From a virus: 64,000 nt of DNA. Below the pieces are notes generated by a model. The model saw only the letters and a program-made list of their open reading frames with translations. It was not told the origin of the DNA and did no database searches. Where the stretch lies: IMG/VR virus record IMGVR_UViG_3300031857_015401, positions 28,871 to 92,870 of that record; one strand, written 5' to 3'. Of this stretch, positions 40,442-50,792 are shown piece by piece (the stretch's first letter is position 1; every line of letters begins with the position of its first letter). The position numbers were made by a program, and so were the translations under genes.

Positions 40442-41184
40442 TGAATTTAGAAAATGAAGACAAAAGTTTAATAGAGAATAAGACAAGTAAAAAAGTAAAA
40501 GTTAATAATTACTTTGACACTCGTGAAGAGGAGGCGGTGAGAATGTATATCACCGCCAAAACTCGTGAAGAAAAAGAGGAAATATATAATACCTATTTAA
40601 AAGACCCATTAACTAAGATGATTGAATCAATCATCAGAAGGTACAAGCTATATCGTAAAGATATGGATTATCAAGACGTGCATCATGACACACATTCTTT
40701 TTTGATGACAAAGGTTGATAAATTTAAACCTGATAAAAATAAGAAAGCATATTCTTATTTTGGTACTATCTGTAAAAACTACTTAATGGGTCAAATACAA
40801 AAAGACCAAAAAGATAGTAACAGAAAAATTTCATACGAAGATATTTCATCAACTTTAGAAAACAGACCTGACATGGTTTATTACATGGAGTTTGAAAGTA
40901 TGGACGCACAAAAAACAATAGAAATTTTTAAACAGGATTTAAAAAAATACATAACCGAAACAAATATGAATGAAAATGAATCGAAGTTGGGTTATGCTCT
41001 AATTGAATTATTTGAAAACTATGGTAATATTTTTATTGGAAACGATAATAACAAATTTAATAAAAATATTGTTTTATTATCTCTTAGAGAGATGACTAAT
41101 TTAAACACAAAAGAAATAAGAATTTATTTAAAAAAATATAAAATATTATACACAAAAACATTAAAGCGTATATATAGCGAATAA
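40441..41184 (+). CDS. Phage late-transcription sigma factor (T4 gp55-like)
   Basis: NNYF..., KFKPDKNKKAYSYFGTICKNYL resembles sigma region 2 of gp55-type factors; small size; precedes structural genes. Confidence 0.72.
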   Translation: MNLENEDKSLIENKTSKKVKVNNYFDTREEEAVRMYITAKTREEKEEIYNTYLKDPLTKMIESIIRRYKLYRKDMDYQDVHHDTHSFLMTKVDKFKPDKNKKAYSYFGTICKNYLMGQIQKDQKDSNRKISYEDISSTLENRPDMVYYMEFESMDAQKTIEIFKQDLKKYITETNMNENESKLGYALIELFENYGNIFIGNDNNKFNKNIVLLSLREMTNLNTKEIRIYLKKYKILYTKTLKRIYSE

Positions 41185-41208
41185 TTTAAAATATAATATT
41201 TATATATT

Positions 41209-41577
41209 ATGAATAGAACAAGAAAAAAAGAAATATCATTAAATAAAGACTCGGTTCTTAGTTTAATGCAAGAAATTTATAATGAGTTGGTTGAACAAAG
41301 AGCAACCGCTATTAGGATACAAAATAAAATGTTAACCATGTTAAAAGATCCTGAAGACATGACTCTTATTGGCCCAATTATAAAGGAACAACAAAAAATT
41401 ATTAACGATACGATAGAAAAAAAATTAAGTCTTTCTAAATTACAATCTACTATTTGGGAAAAAAGTAATAACAATAAAGAAGATAATTTTACATTATCGG
41501 AAATGGATGACGATTTATTACAAACATTAATTAAAAAAGATGTGGATAATAACAATAATCAAAATTATAAGTTGTAA
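41209..41577 (+). CDS. Hypothetical coiled-coil protein
   Basis: 122 aa, two long helices; TATTTATA 4 nt upstream of the ATG. Confidence 0.6.
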   Translation: MNRTRKKEISLNKDSVLSLMQEIYNELVEQRATAIRIQNKMLTMLKDPEDMTLIGPIIKEQQKIINDTIEKKLSLSKLQSTIWEKSNNNKEDNFTLSEMDDDLLQTLIKKDVDNNNNQNYKL

Positions 41578-41580
41578 AAA

Positions 41581-43350
41581 ATGGGCGCAGATACTAAAGC
41601 AGACTTAGAGGCTATAAAATCAACAATAAGGGCAATTAAAACCGTTAAAAAACAAAAAGCGGAAATAAAGGCCAGAAAAAAAAAGAATCTTAGTCAGAAA
41701 ACCGATAAGGCAAAAAAACTAACAGTAGACACAATTAAAAATTTTGACAAAGTTTTAAAAAGTAGAACTAAAAGTCTTTTTGAGGAATTAATAGAATTGT
41801 TTGTACAAACAAACGAAACAATAGATGAAAGTATAAAAAAACAAAAAGAATCGTTTGAAAAAAAATTCAATAAAAAAATACCAAAAAAAGGAAAAAGAAA
41901 ACAAGAAAAACAAGAACAAAAAGTAGATGAAGATAAACCTAATGTTGCTCTTTTAAAAATACAAAACTCAAGTACTTTTAGAAACTTAGGTAAAATATTT
42001 TTTACTGCTATTGAAAATACAAAGGCTAAAATATCACAATTACTTATTGAGGACATTATATCGACGATAGGTTGTTCTGAGGAACAATCATATAGTAATT
42101 TATCTCAAACATCTACACCAGTGTATGTTAATTTAAAAACTATTGATTTATTTAATATTTTAAAGCAATCACCTGAAGATGAACTTGGTAGTTTAAAATA
42201 TGAAAAAAGCGAAACCCAAAATGGTGAAATACCTTATTCAATGAATAGACAACTATATCGTAGATTAAGTTCGCCTCAATCTTTTTCGCAAGAATATGGT
42301 CTTTCATTTAAAGGTATTTCAGGTCAAGAATTATTTGATATACAATATGTTGATAACTATATAAATCAAAATGGTAATACTTTTTATGGTGATTATTTTA
42401 AAGTTACCCTTAAAAATCAAGCAAATAATAGAAACAATATATCTGATTTTTTAAATGACTATTATAGTAGTATTGATGTTTTTAATTTAGATGGTTTAAT
42501 TATTACAATACTTGGTCAAATTTTTGGAGCTTTTAATGTAGGGATTTCACCTGAAGAAACAAAAGAATTGTCTAAATTTAATAAAATAGTAACAAGATTT
42601 TTAGGATTATGTAATGACCCGACACAAAAAATAGACATTACAGGTACAGGAAAATTAAGTGATGGTGATTTAATTGATGATAGTTTTTTTGAATTGACCG
42701 CATCTGAAGAAGTTGAATTAGAAGAGACGGTTAATAGAATAATAAATGGTTTAGCCACTTTTGAAGATTGTGAAACTTTAAATTTACCTGTAAATGTTCC
42801 CGCAGTAAAAAGTGTTGCAAATGATGTAATTAAAGAAAATAAAGCAACAGCAAAAATAAATAAATTTTTTAATGGTATTGATGATTTAACTTCTGATCCT
42901 AACTGGGGACAACCTCAAGGATTAAATATAAATCTTTCAATAGAGTTTGATATTTTAGCAAAACTACCTCTTTCTTTGTTTATTACGATTTTATCCCCTA
43001 AAGTTATGTTAGGTTTTATGATTATGGTAAAATCACTATCAACAAACCTAACAGATTTTTTGGACTTAAATGAATTTTTAAAAAAGTATAAAAAATTTAT
43101 TGCAAAATTCACAAGAAATATTATTGGTCTTTTTTTAGAAGAACTTACAAACGAAATTAAAAAGAATTTAAAAAAATTAGTACAGTCTTTACTTAAAGAC
43201 ATAAAAGATGAACTTTTAGATAAAAGAACAAAAATGTATGTTACAATAGCACAGGCATTACTTATAATAGGTACAGGTATTGTCGATTATAGACAATGTA
43301 AAAGTGTTATTGATGACATACTCAGACTAATAAACTTAATAGTAAATTAA
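41581..43350 (+). CDS. Large hypothetical protein in the baseplate operon
   Basis: 589 aa; Lys-rich N-terminus, helical and partly hydrophobic C-terminus; upstream of the gp5-like gene. Confidence 0.6.
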   Translation: MGADTKADLEAIKSTIRAIKTVKKQKAEIKARKKKNLSQKTDKAKKLTVDTIKNFDKVLKSRTKSLFEELIELFVQTNETIDESIKKQKESFEKKFNKKIPKKGKRKQEKQEQKVDEDKPNVALLKIQNSSTFRNLGKIFFTAIENTKAKISQLLIEDIISTIGCSEEQSYSNLSQTSTPVYVNLKTIDLFNILKQSPEDELGSLKYEKSETQNGEIPYSMNRQLYRRLSSPQSFSQEYGLSFKGISGQELFDIQYVDNYINQNGNTFYGDYFKVTLKNQANNRNNISDFLNDYYSSIDVFNLDGLIITILGQIFGAFNVGISPEETKELSKFNKIVTRFLGLCNDPTQKIDITGTGKLSDGDLIDDSFFELTASEEVELEETVNRIINGLATFEDCETLNLPVNVPAVKSVANDVIKENKATAKINKFFNGIDDLTSDPNWGQPQGLNINLSIEFDILAKLPLSLFITILSPKVMLGFMIMVKSLSTNLTDFLDLNEFLKKYKKFIAKFTRNIIGLFLEELTNEIKKNLKKLVQSLLKDIKDELLDKRTKMYVTIAQALLIIGTGIVDYRQCKSVIDDILRLINLIVN

Positions 43351-43356
43351 AAAAAT

Positions 43357-43650
43357 ATGCCAATAACAGGACTACCAAATTTTATTTTAGCAGGTGCCAG
43401 TTTATTGAACGGGAGTTCTGACACAGGAGCATTTGCAAATGTAATATTAAGATTACAAGAATCAGGATTACCAACTGACGATAACGCCGATGGATCACCA
43501 AACTTAATGAATTTAGCTTTTTTATGTTTAATTCAAGGTATGAATGAAGAAGCAACAAAAAATAGTAAAGTAGAGGTTTTTATTCCTCCTTTGGCTGTTA
43601 CACCAGCAGGATTCACCACACCAACAAAAGCGTACGGTAAATGTTATTAA
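43357..43650 (+). CDS. Small hypothetical protein in the baseplate operon
   Basis: 97 aa, tightly packed. Confidence 0.55.
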   Translation: MPITGLPNFILAGASLLNGSSDTGAFANVILRLQESGLPTDDNADGSPNLMNLAFLCLIQGMNEEATKNSKVEVFIPPLAVTPAGFTTPTKAYGKCY

Positions 43651-43651
43651 T

Positions 43652-43855
43652 ATGGACAGTATTAAAGTATTAGAAATTTTAAAAAATTATAAAAACACAT
43701 CTAATAAAGAATTATTAGAGGTTATGGATTTTTTAAAAGATGATTTTGATAAAACAAAAGAAACTATTTTAAAATTAACATACCATTTAGATTCTACTGA
43801 AATTACTTATAATAAATTATTAGAAGAAATGAATAATAGAGTAAAAAATGTCTGA
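43652..43855 (+). CDS. Small coiled-coil hypothetical protein
   Basis: 67 aa; stop overlaps the next start. Confidence 0.6.
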   Translation: MDSIKVLEILKNYKNTSNKELLEVMDFLKDDFDKTKETILKLTYHLDSTEITYNKLLEEMNNRVKNV

Positions 43856-45434
43856 CGGTTTTAAACAAAATATGACACAAGAAATGTCCCAAAATTTTTA
43901 TTGGGGTGAGTGTGTTAATAATGATGATCCTTTAATGTTAGGTAGGGCTAGAATCAGGCCCCTAATAAAAAATATCGACCAAGTTTTAAAGTCAGCAGAA
44001 AAAAAAGGTTTTTCTGAAACAAGTAAAACACCTGAAAAAAATGGTCCTTGGTCTGATTTAGATCCTTTAATACATCTTTCATTTTTACCGTTTTTTATTA
44101 ATCAAGTACCTAAAATTGGTGAGCGGGTAATGATATTTTATTTTGATCGTAAAAGAACGACAGGTAGAAATAAATTTTACATGATTGCTCCTTTTTCTTC
44201 ACCTACAACAATTAAAGAAGAGAATTATAATTCATCAAGAACTCATTTAGATGACGGATATCAAAACTCATTATCAAGTCTACCTAATATTAAAAACAAT
44301 GACGGATCTTATAAAGACTCATCAAAAACAGGTGTGTTTGTTGACCCAATAGATATTAGTTTAAATGGTAGAGATAGTGCAGATGTTATTGTTAAAGACA
44401 ATGAGATTTTATTAAGGGCGGGAAAACATTATGATTTTGTTAGGAATGAAATTCCAGCACCAAACCCTAAAAGGGCCTTTTTACAATTAACTAATTTAAA
44501 ACAAAAAAAATCTGTCGGTAATCCAGAAGAAATATTAAAATTTAAAGATAGAATAGATCAAAATAAATACCTAATAGAGTACTATTGCACTACACAAAAT
44601 AGCACTGTAAATTTATTTTCTGGAGGAATTTATATTTATAAATTACCAGAAAATGATAGTTATTTAACACAAGCAGGTGTTTTAGATAACGATACTGTAT
44701 TGACCGCAAAAACATCATACCCATTAGTTTATAGTACAATTATTGGACCTCCCGTTAGTAACCCATTACCTATGGAAGATTTTGCAAAGTTTATTACTGA
44801 TACTATAAGAAATTTTCATGATGGGCCATCCGCATTTACAGACATTTTTAATGGTGAACAATTCCCTTTCTTTTTTAGGGCAGACGATTCAATAAGAGGA
44901 ACATTAAATAATTTAACAGATAATGTTGACTTAAATTCTGTTCAAAATATGTCTAAATTAGTAAGTTTGGTGAAGGTTAATAAGACTCAAATAAATTCCG
45001 GTTATGGGACTGTTTATAAAAATTTTATATCTCCAAACCCGTTTAAAATAGAAAAAGAAATCGTATCACCAATTAACACGATTGCCGAAGATAATAGTAT
45101 AGGTATTATGGGTGCCAATAAATTATATTTATTAAGTCATGAAAGTCAAATTGAGGGTAAAAAAAGAATAGATTTATCAAATACTATATATGGTATAAGC
45201 GGAGAAACAATATTTGATGAAATAGAACCTAACACTTCTTCTGTTGTTAGGGGAGAGCCTTTATTAGAATTACTTCAGTTAATAGTTAATTTTTTAATAA
45301 CCCACGATCACCCATACCCAATGTTACCACCAACACCAGTATCAAGAGCATCACTGATTAGTACTGATGATGTTTTAGTAAAAATGCAAGAGGCATACTT
45401 TAAAGTTTTAAATAGTAATATTCGGATTAACTAA
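43848..45434 (+). CDS. Baseplate central spike (T4 gp5 / P2 gpV-like), no recognisable lysozyme domain
   Basis: OB-fold GECVNNDDPLMLGRARIR...PKIGERV; C-terminal VRGEPL...LITHDHPY (HxH apex motif). Confidence 0.75.
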   Translation: MSDGFKQNMTQEMSQNFYWGECVNNDDPLMLGRARIRPLIKNIDQVLKSAEKKGFSETSKTPEKNGPWSDLDPLIHLSFLPFFINQVPKIGERVMIFYFDRKRTTGRNKFYMIAPFSSPTTIKEENYNSSRTHLDDGYQNSLSSLPNIKNNDGSYKDSSKTGVFVDPIDISLNGRDSADVIVKDNEILLRAGKHYDFVRNEIPAPNPKRAFLQLTNLKQKKSVGNPEEILKFKDRIDQNKYLIEYYCTTQNSTVNLFSGGIYIYKLPENDSYLTQAGVLDNDTVLTAKTSYPLVYSTIIGPPVSNPLPMEDFAKFITDTIRNFHDGPSAFTDIFNGEQFPFFFRADDSIRGTLNNLTDNVDLNSVQNMSKLVSLVKVNKTQINSGYGTVYKNFISPNPFKIEKEIVSPINTIAEDNSIGIMGANKLYLLSHESQIEGKKRIDLSNTIYGISGETIFDEIEPNTSSVVRGEPLLELLQLIVNFLITHDHPYPMLPPTPVSRASLISTDDVLVKMQEAYFKVLNSNIRIN

Positions 45435-45456
45435 CTATTTATAGTAAAAAGTTAAT

Positions 45457-46917
45457 ATGTCTATTCACAAGTCTTATTTTGATAAAACAAATACATTAAT
45501 ATATAATTCATATACTAATACGGCAAGAAACCCAATAGTTGAGTTGTTTTATGGTAGAGTTGATAATATTGCAGTCCCATTAGGTTATAGTAGATATATT
45601 TTTAATATTGATTTAACCGACTTACAAGAAAAAATAACAGATAAAATAATATCTACAGGATGTACTTCTTTTAGTGAGATTAAACACACTTTAAGAATGA
45701 CAAATACTTCTTTTTTTGATAACGAATTGCTAAACGATAAAACATCACAAGGTAGAAGAAGGGCAACTTCTTTTGATTTAATTTTATTTAGAATACCACA
45801 AAACCAACAATGGGATAGTGGGGTCGGTTATGATTATTACGACTTTAATTCAAATCCATTAAATGATAGGTCGTTTTCTAATAGGCCATCAAATTGGTTT
45901 GAAACAACAACAATTAGTGGGTGGACAACACCTGGACTATATGATAATGAAAATTCAGTAACAGGAACAGGGGTTAATTATTCAGGTTTAACTATTATTG
46001 ATACTCAACACTTTGAATTTGGTAATGAAGATATTGAGTTTGATATGACAAATGAAATTAATTCAATTCTTAGTGGTGGGACAACCGGAGTAACAGGATG
46101 GGGAATTGCATATTACCCTGAAGTTGAAAATATTTCAGGATTAACTGAAAACTATTCTGTTGGGTTTTTCTCTCCTCACACTCAAACATTTTATGAACCA
46201 TTTTTAGAAACAAGTTATAATGACTTAATTTTAGATGATAGAAATCATTTTATAAATGAAAGTGTAAATAATCTTTATTTGTACCTTTATGAAGACGGAA
46301 TACCTGTAAATTTGGATGCAAACCCGACTGTTGATATTTTAGATATAAATGGGGATCCGGTCGATGGATTTACAGGATTAACTAGTTGTTTAGTTACTGA
46401 GGGGGTTTATAAAGTCACAATAAATAATTTATCTTCAGAAAGTCTTCCTTGTTTATATTATGATTTATGGAAAAATTTAAGTATTAATGGTTCGTCTATT
46501 GATGATGTTGAAAATGATTTTGCGGTTCAACCTAAATCAAATAAGTATAAAATAGGTACAACAACTGAAAACCCTAAACTATACGGATTTAGTTTTGATG
46601 GAATTAAACAAAGTGAAAAAGTATTAAACACCGATATTAGAAAAATTAACGTTAATATTAAAGAAGCATATACATCAAAATCAACGTTAAGTAATATTAA
46701 AGTATATTATAGAATATATGTAAAAGAAGGTGATAAAACCGAAGTTCAGGTTCAAGATTGGACTAGAATTAATAGAACACCCGACGGACATTATTTTATT
46801 TTTGATACAAGAGATAAAATACCAAATGAATATTATGTAGATATTAAAGTTGTTAGTGACAAAAACACAGAAACCTATAAACGGGAATTGCAATTCCAAA
46901 TAGTAAATAAAAAATGA
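45457..46917 (+). CDS. Putative virion structural (baseplate-associated) protein
   Basis: 486 aa, beta-rich with Ig-like C-terminal modules; late-type motif at 45436-45443. Confidence 0.55.
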   Translation: MSIHKSYFDKTNTLIYNSYTNTARNPIVELFYGRVDNIAVPLGYSRYIFNIDLTDLQEKITDKIISTGCTSFSEIKHTLRMTNTSFFDNELLNDKTSQGRRRATSFDLILFRIPQNQQWDSGVGYDYYDFNSNPLNDRSFSNRPSNWFETTTISGWTTPGLYDNENSVTGTGVNYSGLTIIDTQHFEFGNEDIEFDMTNEINSILSGGTTGVTGWGIAYYPEVENISGLTENYSVGFFSPHTQTFYEPFLETSYNDLILDDRNHFINESVNNLYLYLYEDGIPVNLDANPTVDILDINGDPVDGFTGLTSCLVTEGVYKVTINNLSSESLPCLYYDLWKNLSINGSSIDDVENDFAVQPKSNKYKIGTTTENPKLYGFSFDGIKQSEKVLNTDIRKINVNIKEAYTSKSTLSNIKVYYRIYVKEGDKTEVQVQDWTRINRTPDGHYFIFDTRDKIPNEYYVDIKVVSDKNTETYKRELQFQIVNKK

Positions 46918-46918
46918 T

Positions 46919-47380
46919 ATGAACATACAAAGTATTATTAGAAAAGTTTTAAGAGAAGAAGAAAATAAAAGGTCTTCAAGATACATGTTTTTTTCTAACC
47001 TACAACAAATGAGAAGACAATGTGATTTACTTCTTGATTTAGATGAAGAAATGGTTGAGGATATATTAGATAATGGTCATGATTGGGCTCAAGACCATAT
47101 CGCGGAAGCAAAAAATAATATGGATCAAGTTTTTGATTTTATTATGAATGAATCCAAAAAAGATGGTATGGAATTATCTATGTCTATAGATGATAAAGAT
47201 ATGGTTGAAGAAGGTCGTAAAAAAACTGGGACTAAATTATGTGCTAGAGGTAAATCAGCGGCAAAGGCAAAATTTGACGTGTATCCATCGGCTTATGCTA
47301 ACGGATATGCCGTACAAGTTTGTAAAGGAAAAATTAAAGGATTAGACGGTAAAAAACATTGTTCAGGTTCTTTTTGTTAA
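46919..47380 (+). CDS. Protein with C-terminal KFDVYPSAYAN (DUF5872-like) module
   Basis: GKSAAKAKFDVYPSAYANGYAVQVCKG; N-terminal IIRKVLREE; DWAQDHI motif. Confidence 0.65.
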   Translation: MNIQSIIRKVLREEENKRSSRYMFFSNLQQMRRQCDLLLDLDEEMVEDILDNGHDWAQDHIAEAKNNMDQVFDFIMNESKKDGMELSMSIDDKDMVEEGRKKTGTKLCARGKSAAKAKFDVYPSAYANGYAVQVCKGKIKGLDGKKHCSGSFC

Positions 47381-48087
47381 AGGGAACTCAAAATATTTCT
47401 AACAATAATATCTAAAGACTCTTTTTGAGTCTTTTTTGGTTTATATGATGTCATTACAGGTTTTTGTCCTTTACCCGATTGTGTATCTTTTTTTTCTGCA
47501 TTTCTTTTTTGTTGACAAGCAGATCTTTTTTCGCTATCGGACATTTTACCGGCAACACCGGCTGCTCGACATTTAGGGTACCCACCTTTATCAGTATCTT
47601 GTCTTCCACAAGGAGGATGTTTCCCATCAACTTTTCTACATATATTTACCCAAGGACCTTTTGGTTGTTTTGACCCTTTTGGTTTTTTCTTTGTCCCAAA
47701 CCAAACCGCTAAATCTTCATTTAATGGTATTTTATCTAACTCAACCCATTCACCAACTATTGGAACTATTTTTTTACCTTTACCTGGTGTAGGATTTATT
47801 GGTCCACCTTCTTCATCACTAAGTTGTTTATGTGTTTTGTTATATTTACTAATTCTTCTTGATTTTGCTTCTAATTTTTTTCTATCTTTTTTGTGTGAAT
47901 CTAAACTACCGTCATAACTATCGTATTCTAATTCAGAATTAAAATATTTAGAAACTTTATTTGTAAAAGGACCCATGACACTATCATCCCAATCTACTTC
48001 ACCCATAGTTAATGGTCCGTTATAGTTACCTGAGTACCTTGAGCTAGTGGTTTCATTTAAAACCTTTTTGATTATTTTTTCAATCAT
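47377..48087 (-). CDS. Basic protein with EDLxxWF / CGR / YPKC module
   Basis: NEDLAVWF...GPWVNIC...HPPCGR...YPKCRAA...MSDSEKRSA...KR; N-terminal IIKKVLNE. Confidence 0.65.
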   Translation of the reverse strand: MIEKIIKKVLNETTSSRYSGNYNGPLTMGEVDWDDSVMGPFTNKVSKYFNSELEYDSYDGSLDSHKKDRKKLEAKSRRISKYNKTHKQLSDEEGGPINPTPGKGKKIVPIVGEWVELDKIPLNEDLAVWFGTKKKPKGSKQPKGPWVNICRKVDGKHPPCGRQDTDKGGYPKCRAAGVAGKMSDSEKRSACQQKRNAEKKDTQSGKGQKPVMTSYKPKKTQKESLDIIVRNILSSL

Positions 48088-48101
48088 ATACTATAAATAT
48101 A

Positions 48102-48560
48102 TTAATGTTTTAAATAATACGAATAAAACATTACGTGCATATGATAAAATACTAAAGTAATTATTCCCCAAGTTTCCATCCAAAAAAATCCACCAAAAAA
48201 TAAAAAGAAAATGGAAAATAAATATATTGGTAAATAAAATCTAAATTTTTTAATAGACCATAAAGGGATTAACGATATTATAAAAAAAGATATTGCAAAT
48301 ATATTGTGTAATACCATCCAATCTTGTACTGAAAATACAGTTAATAAAAGTAACAACACCGCAGGTATTCTCCATTTAGGTAGATCAAATAAAAAATAAC
48401 TAACAAGTGCATTTGAAAAAATAAATAAAGGTTGTAGGGGTGTTTCCCATGATTGTGATATTGATTGTAATTCCCCAAAACTAAAATAAATTATAAAAGG
48501 TTGTAATACTGCCAAAACAGAAGTAAACAACCTTTTTATAATTTCAAATTTACTTATCAT
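48102..48560 (-). CDS. Polytopic membrane protein (about 5-6 TM, DUF998/Frag1-like)
   Basis: Very hydrophobic; SISQSW and LHNIFAISFF motifs; start overlaps the stop of the upstream secreted protein. Confidence 0.6.
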   Translation of the reverse strand: MISKFEIIKRLFTSVLAVLQPFIIYFSFGELQSISQSWETPLQPLFIFSNALVSYFLFDLPKWRIPAVLLLLLTVFSVQDWMVLHNIFAISFFIISLIPLWSIKKFRFYLPIYLFSIFFLFFGGFFWMETWGIITLVFYHMHVMFYSYYLKH

Positions 48561-50578
48561 CTAATAGTTTTTCTCATAGTACCGTCTTCATATACTTCAA
48601 AAACAACTCCTTTATATGTTTCATTAACTTCTTGACCTGCAAGATTTATATATTTGACAATTTTTTTACTTGAGAAAAACCCTTCTATTGATATTGGTCC
48701 GTATATTTTATACTGACCATCAATATCATACTGTAATAATCTATAATAAACAGTATTATTTTGATTATAGTAGTCAAGATAAGTGTAGTTAATTAATGAT
48801 TGACTATTACCAGCCGAAGGTCTACTACCAATGATTCTCCAATCTTCACCATTTTCACTTCTTTCAATATCAAAATGAGATGAATTTTGTTCTGATGCGG
48901 TTGCCCATTTTAAATTATTAAATGAAGGATATCTAACACCTTCAAAATATATTAGTTCTACTGGTAATGACACAGGATTTGAAAGTCTGACTGTGTATTC
49001 TTCTATTTCACCATAACCATATCCTGTTGAATAATATGCGTCGTTTGATGGTGTCACTCCCCAAGCTGATAAAACTCTCATTAAAAAGTCACCTGTTGCA
49101 GCATCTGATGGTATTGTAATTAATTGTGATGTTGAATTTGCTGGTGCTTTTTGTAAAACATTTTCAGTTGTTTGAAAAGTACCATCACCATTATAGTCAA
49201 TCCATGCGGCATATCCTTGACCTGACTGAAAAGTATTTGTTGCGGTAACACTTAATTGATACGGTTCTCCTTTTGTTAATTCAATAACTTGAGAAGTAAA
49301 ATCTTGATAAGCATCTCCATCGTTTGTGGACGTGTTATTAATATTACCAAATGTTACATTTGATATATAATCTCCATCATCGATTCCTGTTGAATATGTT
49401 GATGCATTTCTTAAATTTACACTAACAACATTACTTAAACCTGAAGGACAATTACCATTTTTAGATGTTGTTCTAAACCAAATTTGTGTTTGTTGTACAT
49501 TCATTCTAATACTATATGGGTTTGCAGGATTACTTGTTGACCCCGCAACTGTTGTAAAGTTGTTAAAAGACCACTCTATCAATGTAATGCTTCCTTCGTT
49601 ACCGCTTGTTGTTAATGTTGTTGCATCATTAACAGTAGTATTTGATTTTGACGAAGTAATTGTTCCACCATTTGTTGGTGTTGTACAAACTGTAACTGAT
49701 GTTATATTAGCCGCAAACCCACCCCAAGTACCGACATTAGAAATATCAGTTGTCCATCTAATTGTAAGTTGTCCTGAAGCATTTTCTGCAGTTACATTAG
49801 GCGGTATTGTTGTACCATTAAGTGTTGCAAGTAATGTTGATGAGGTATTTGGACCATCGTAAATGTATAGATAATCATAATTTGTTTCTAAATCCATTTG
49901 AGTGAATTGTAGTTGTAATTTTTTTGTATTATCAGATGGTGTTAATGTTATTGTTCTATCAACACTATTTGTATAACCACCAGCAGCAGGACCTACAGGA
50001 CCAACGTCGTCTGTTAATGTATATGTAAATGTTGAATTTAATGTTTGTGAACAAGCCCCAATCATAGGTATTAATGTGTTTTCACTTGAAACTGTTGATG
50101 TAATCCCTAAATCATCTACATATCTTTCGTGTGTACCTGATCCTCTAGCGTCAATTAACCTAATATAAACATTTGTTAAACTTAATGCTCCAATGTTTAA
50201 TGTGTATTGTTGATATGTTGCAGTAACTGATGTAATAGAACCTCTAGTTGTCCAAGTTGTTCCATCTGGTGACGTTTGTATGTTTAATGTCCAAGCAGTT
50301 GTGTTTGAACTTCTTCTATACCAAAATGTTAATACCCCAGGATTTGCAATTAATGGTGTTCTAATCGCATCATTAACACCATTAAATGTCAACATATTAG
50401 TCCCTGTTCTTACAGGTGTTGTACCATAAGGAACTGAAGTGTTTGTCCACGTACCTTTTTGTGTTGGTAGTGCGGAACTAAAACTTTCATAAAGAAAGTA
50501 TTGATTACATTGTGAAAATAAAATAGACGTTGTGATTGTACTAACCACAAAAAAGATTAAAATAAATAATTTTTTCAT
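48557..50578 (-). CDS. Secreted multidomain adhesin-like protein: signal peptide, CUB-like, GEVED, LPVEL Ig-like domain and T9SS-type C-terminus
   Basis: MKKLFILIFF...LFS|Q; LETNYDYLYIYDG (CUB); YISNVTFG...WIDYNGDGTF...GEIEEY (GEVED); LPVELIYF...WATASEQNSSHFDIERS...YYRLLQYDIDG; tail INLAGQEV...YEDGTMRK. Confidence 0.82.
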   Translation of the reverse strand: MKKLFILIFFVVSTITTSILFSQCNQYFLYESFSSALPTQKGTWTNTSVPYGTTPVRTGTNMLTFNGVNDAIRTPLIANPGVLTFWYRRSSNTTAWTLNIQTSPDGTTWTTRGSITSVTATYQQYTLNIGALSLTNVYIRLIDARGSGTHERYVDDLGITSTVSSENTLIPMIGACSQTLNSTFTYTLTDDVGPVGPAAGGYTNSVDRTITLTPSDNTKKLQLQFTQMDLETNYDYLYIYDGPNTSSTLLATLNGTTIPPNVTAENASGQLTIRWTTDISNVGTWGGFAANITSVTVCTTPTNGGTITSSKSNTTVNDATTLTTSGNEGSITLIEWSFNNFTTVAGSTSNPANPYSIRMNVQQTQIWFRTTSKNGNCPSGLSNVVSVNLRNASTYSTGIDDGDYISNVTFGNINNTSTNDGDAYQDFTSQVIELTKGEPYQLSVTATNTFQSGQGYAAWIDYNGDGTFQTTENVLQKAPANSTSQLITIPSDAATGDFLMRVLSAWGVTPSNDAYYSTGYGYGEIEEYTVRLSNPVSLPVELIYFEGVRYPSFNNLKWATASEQNSSHFDIERSENGEDWRIIGSRPSAGNSQSLINYTYLDYYNQNNTVYYRLLQYDIDGQYKIYGPISIEGFFSSKKIVKYINLAGQEVNETYKGVVFEVYEDGTMRKTIR

Positions 50579-50589
50579 TATAGTATTTT

Positions 50590-50634
50590 TAAAAAAATAA
50601 AAGATTCCCCTATAATAAATATAAGGAAATCTTT
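50590..50634 (-). terminator. 14-bp hairpin plus U tract between the S8 protease and CUB/GEVED genes
   Basis: On the minus-strand RNA aaagauuuccuuau pairs fully (two G-U) with auaggggaaucuuu, followed by uauuuuuuu. Confidence 0.55.
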
Positions 50635-50792
50635 ATTTGGTCAACCTATTTGATGTGTAAATTATTATTTATTGGGGAATCGTTTATATTTACACTGTGT
50701 GGGTGATTATTTTTATTACCATCATAACGGAAAATGTTATACTGGTGACTAATGTTGTTAAAATTATGTTAAATAATTTATTTTTCATTATA

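Noticed and set aside
410-45434. Extracellular contractile injection system or T6SS (sheath plus spike)
   Set aside because: Capsid, portal, terminase, prohead protease, neck proteins and DNA polymerase show this is a complete tailed phage
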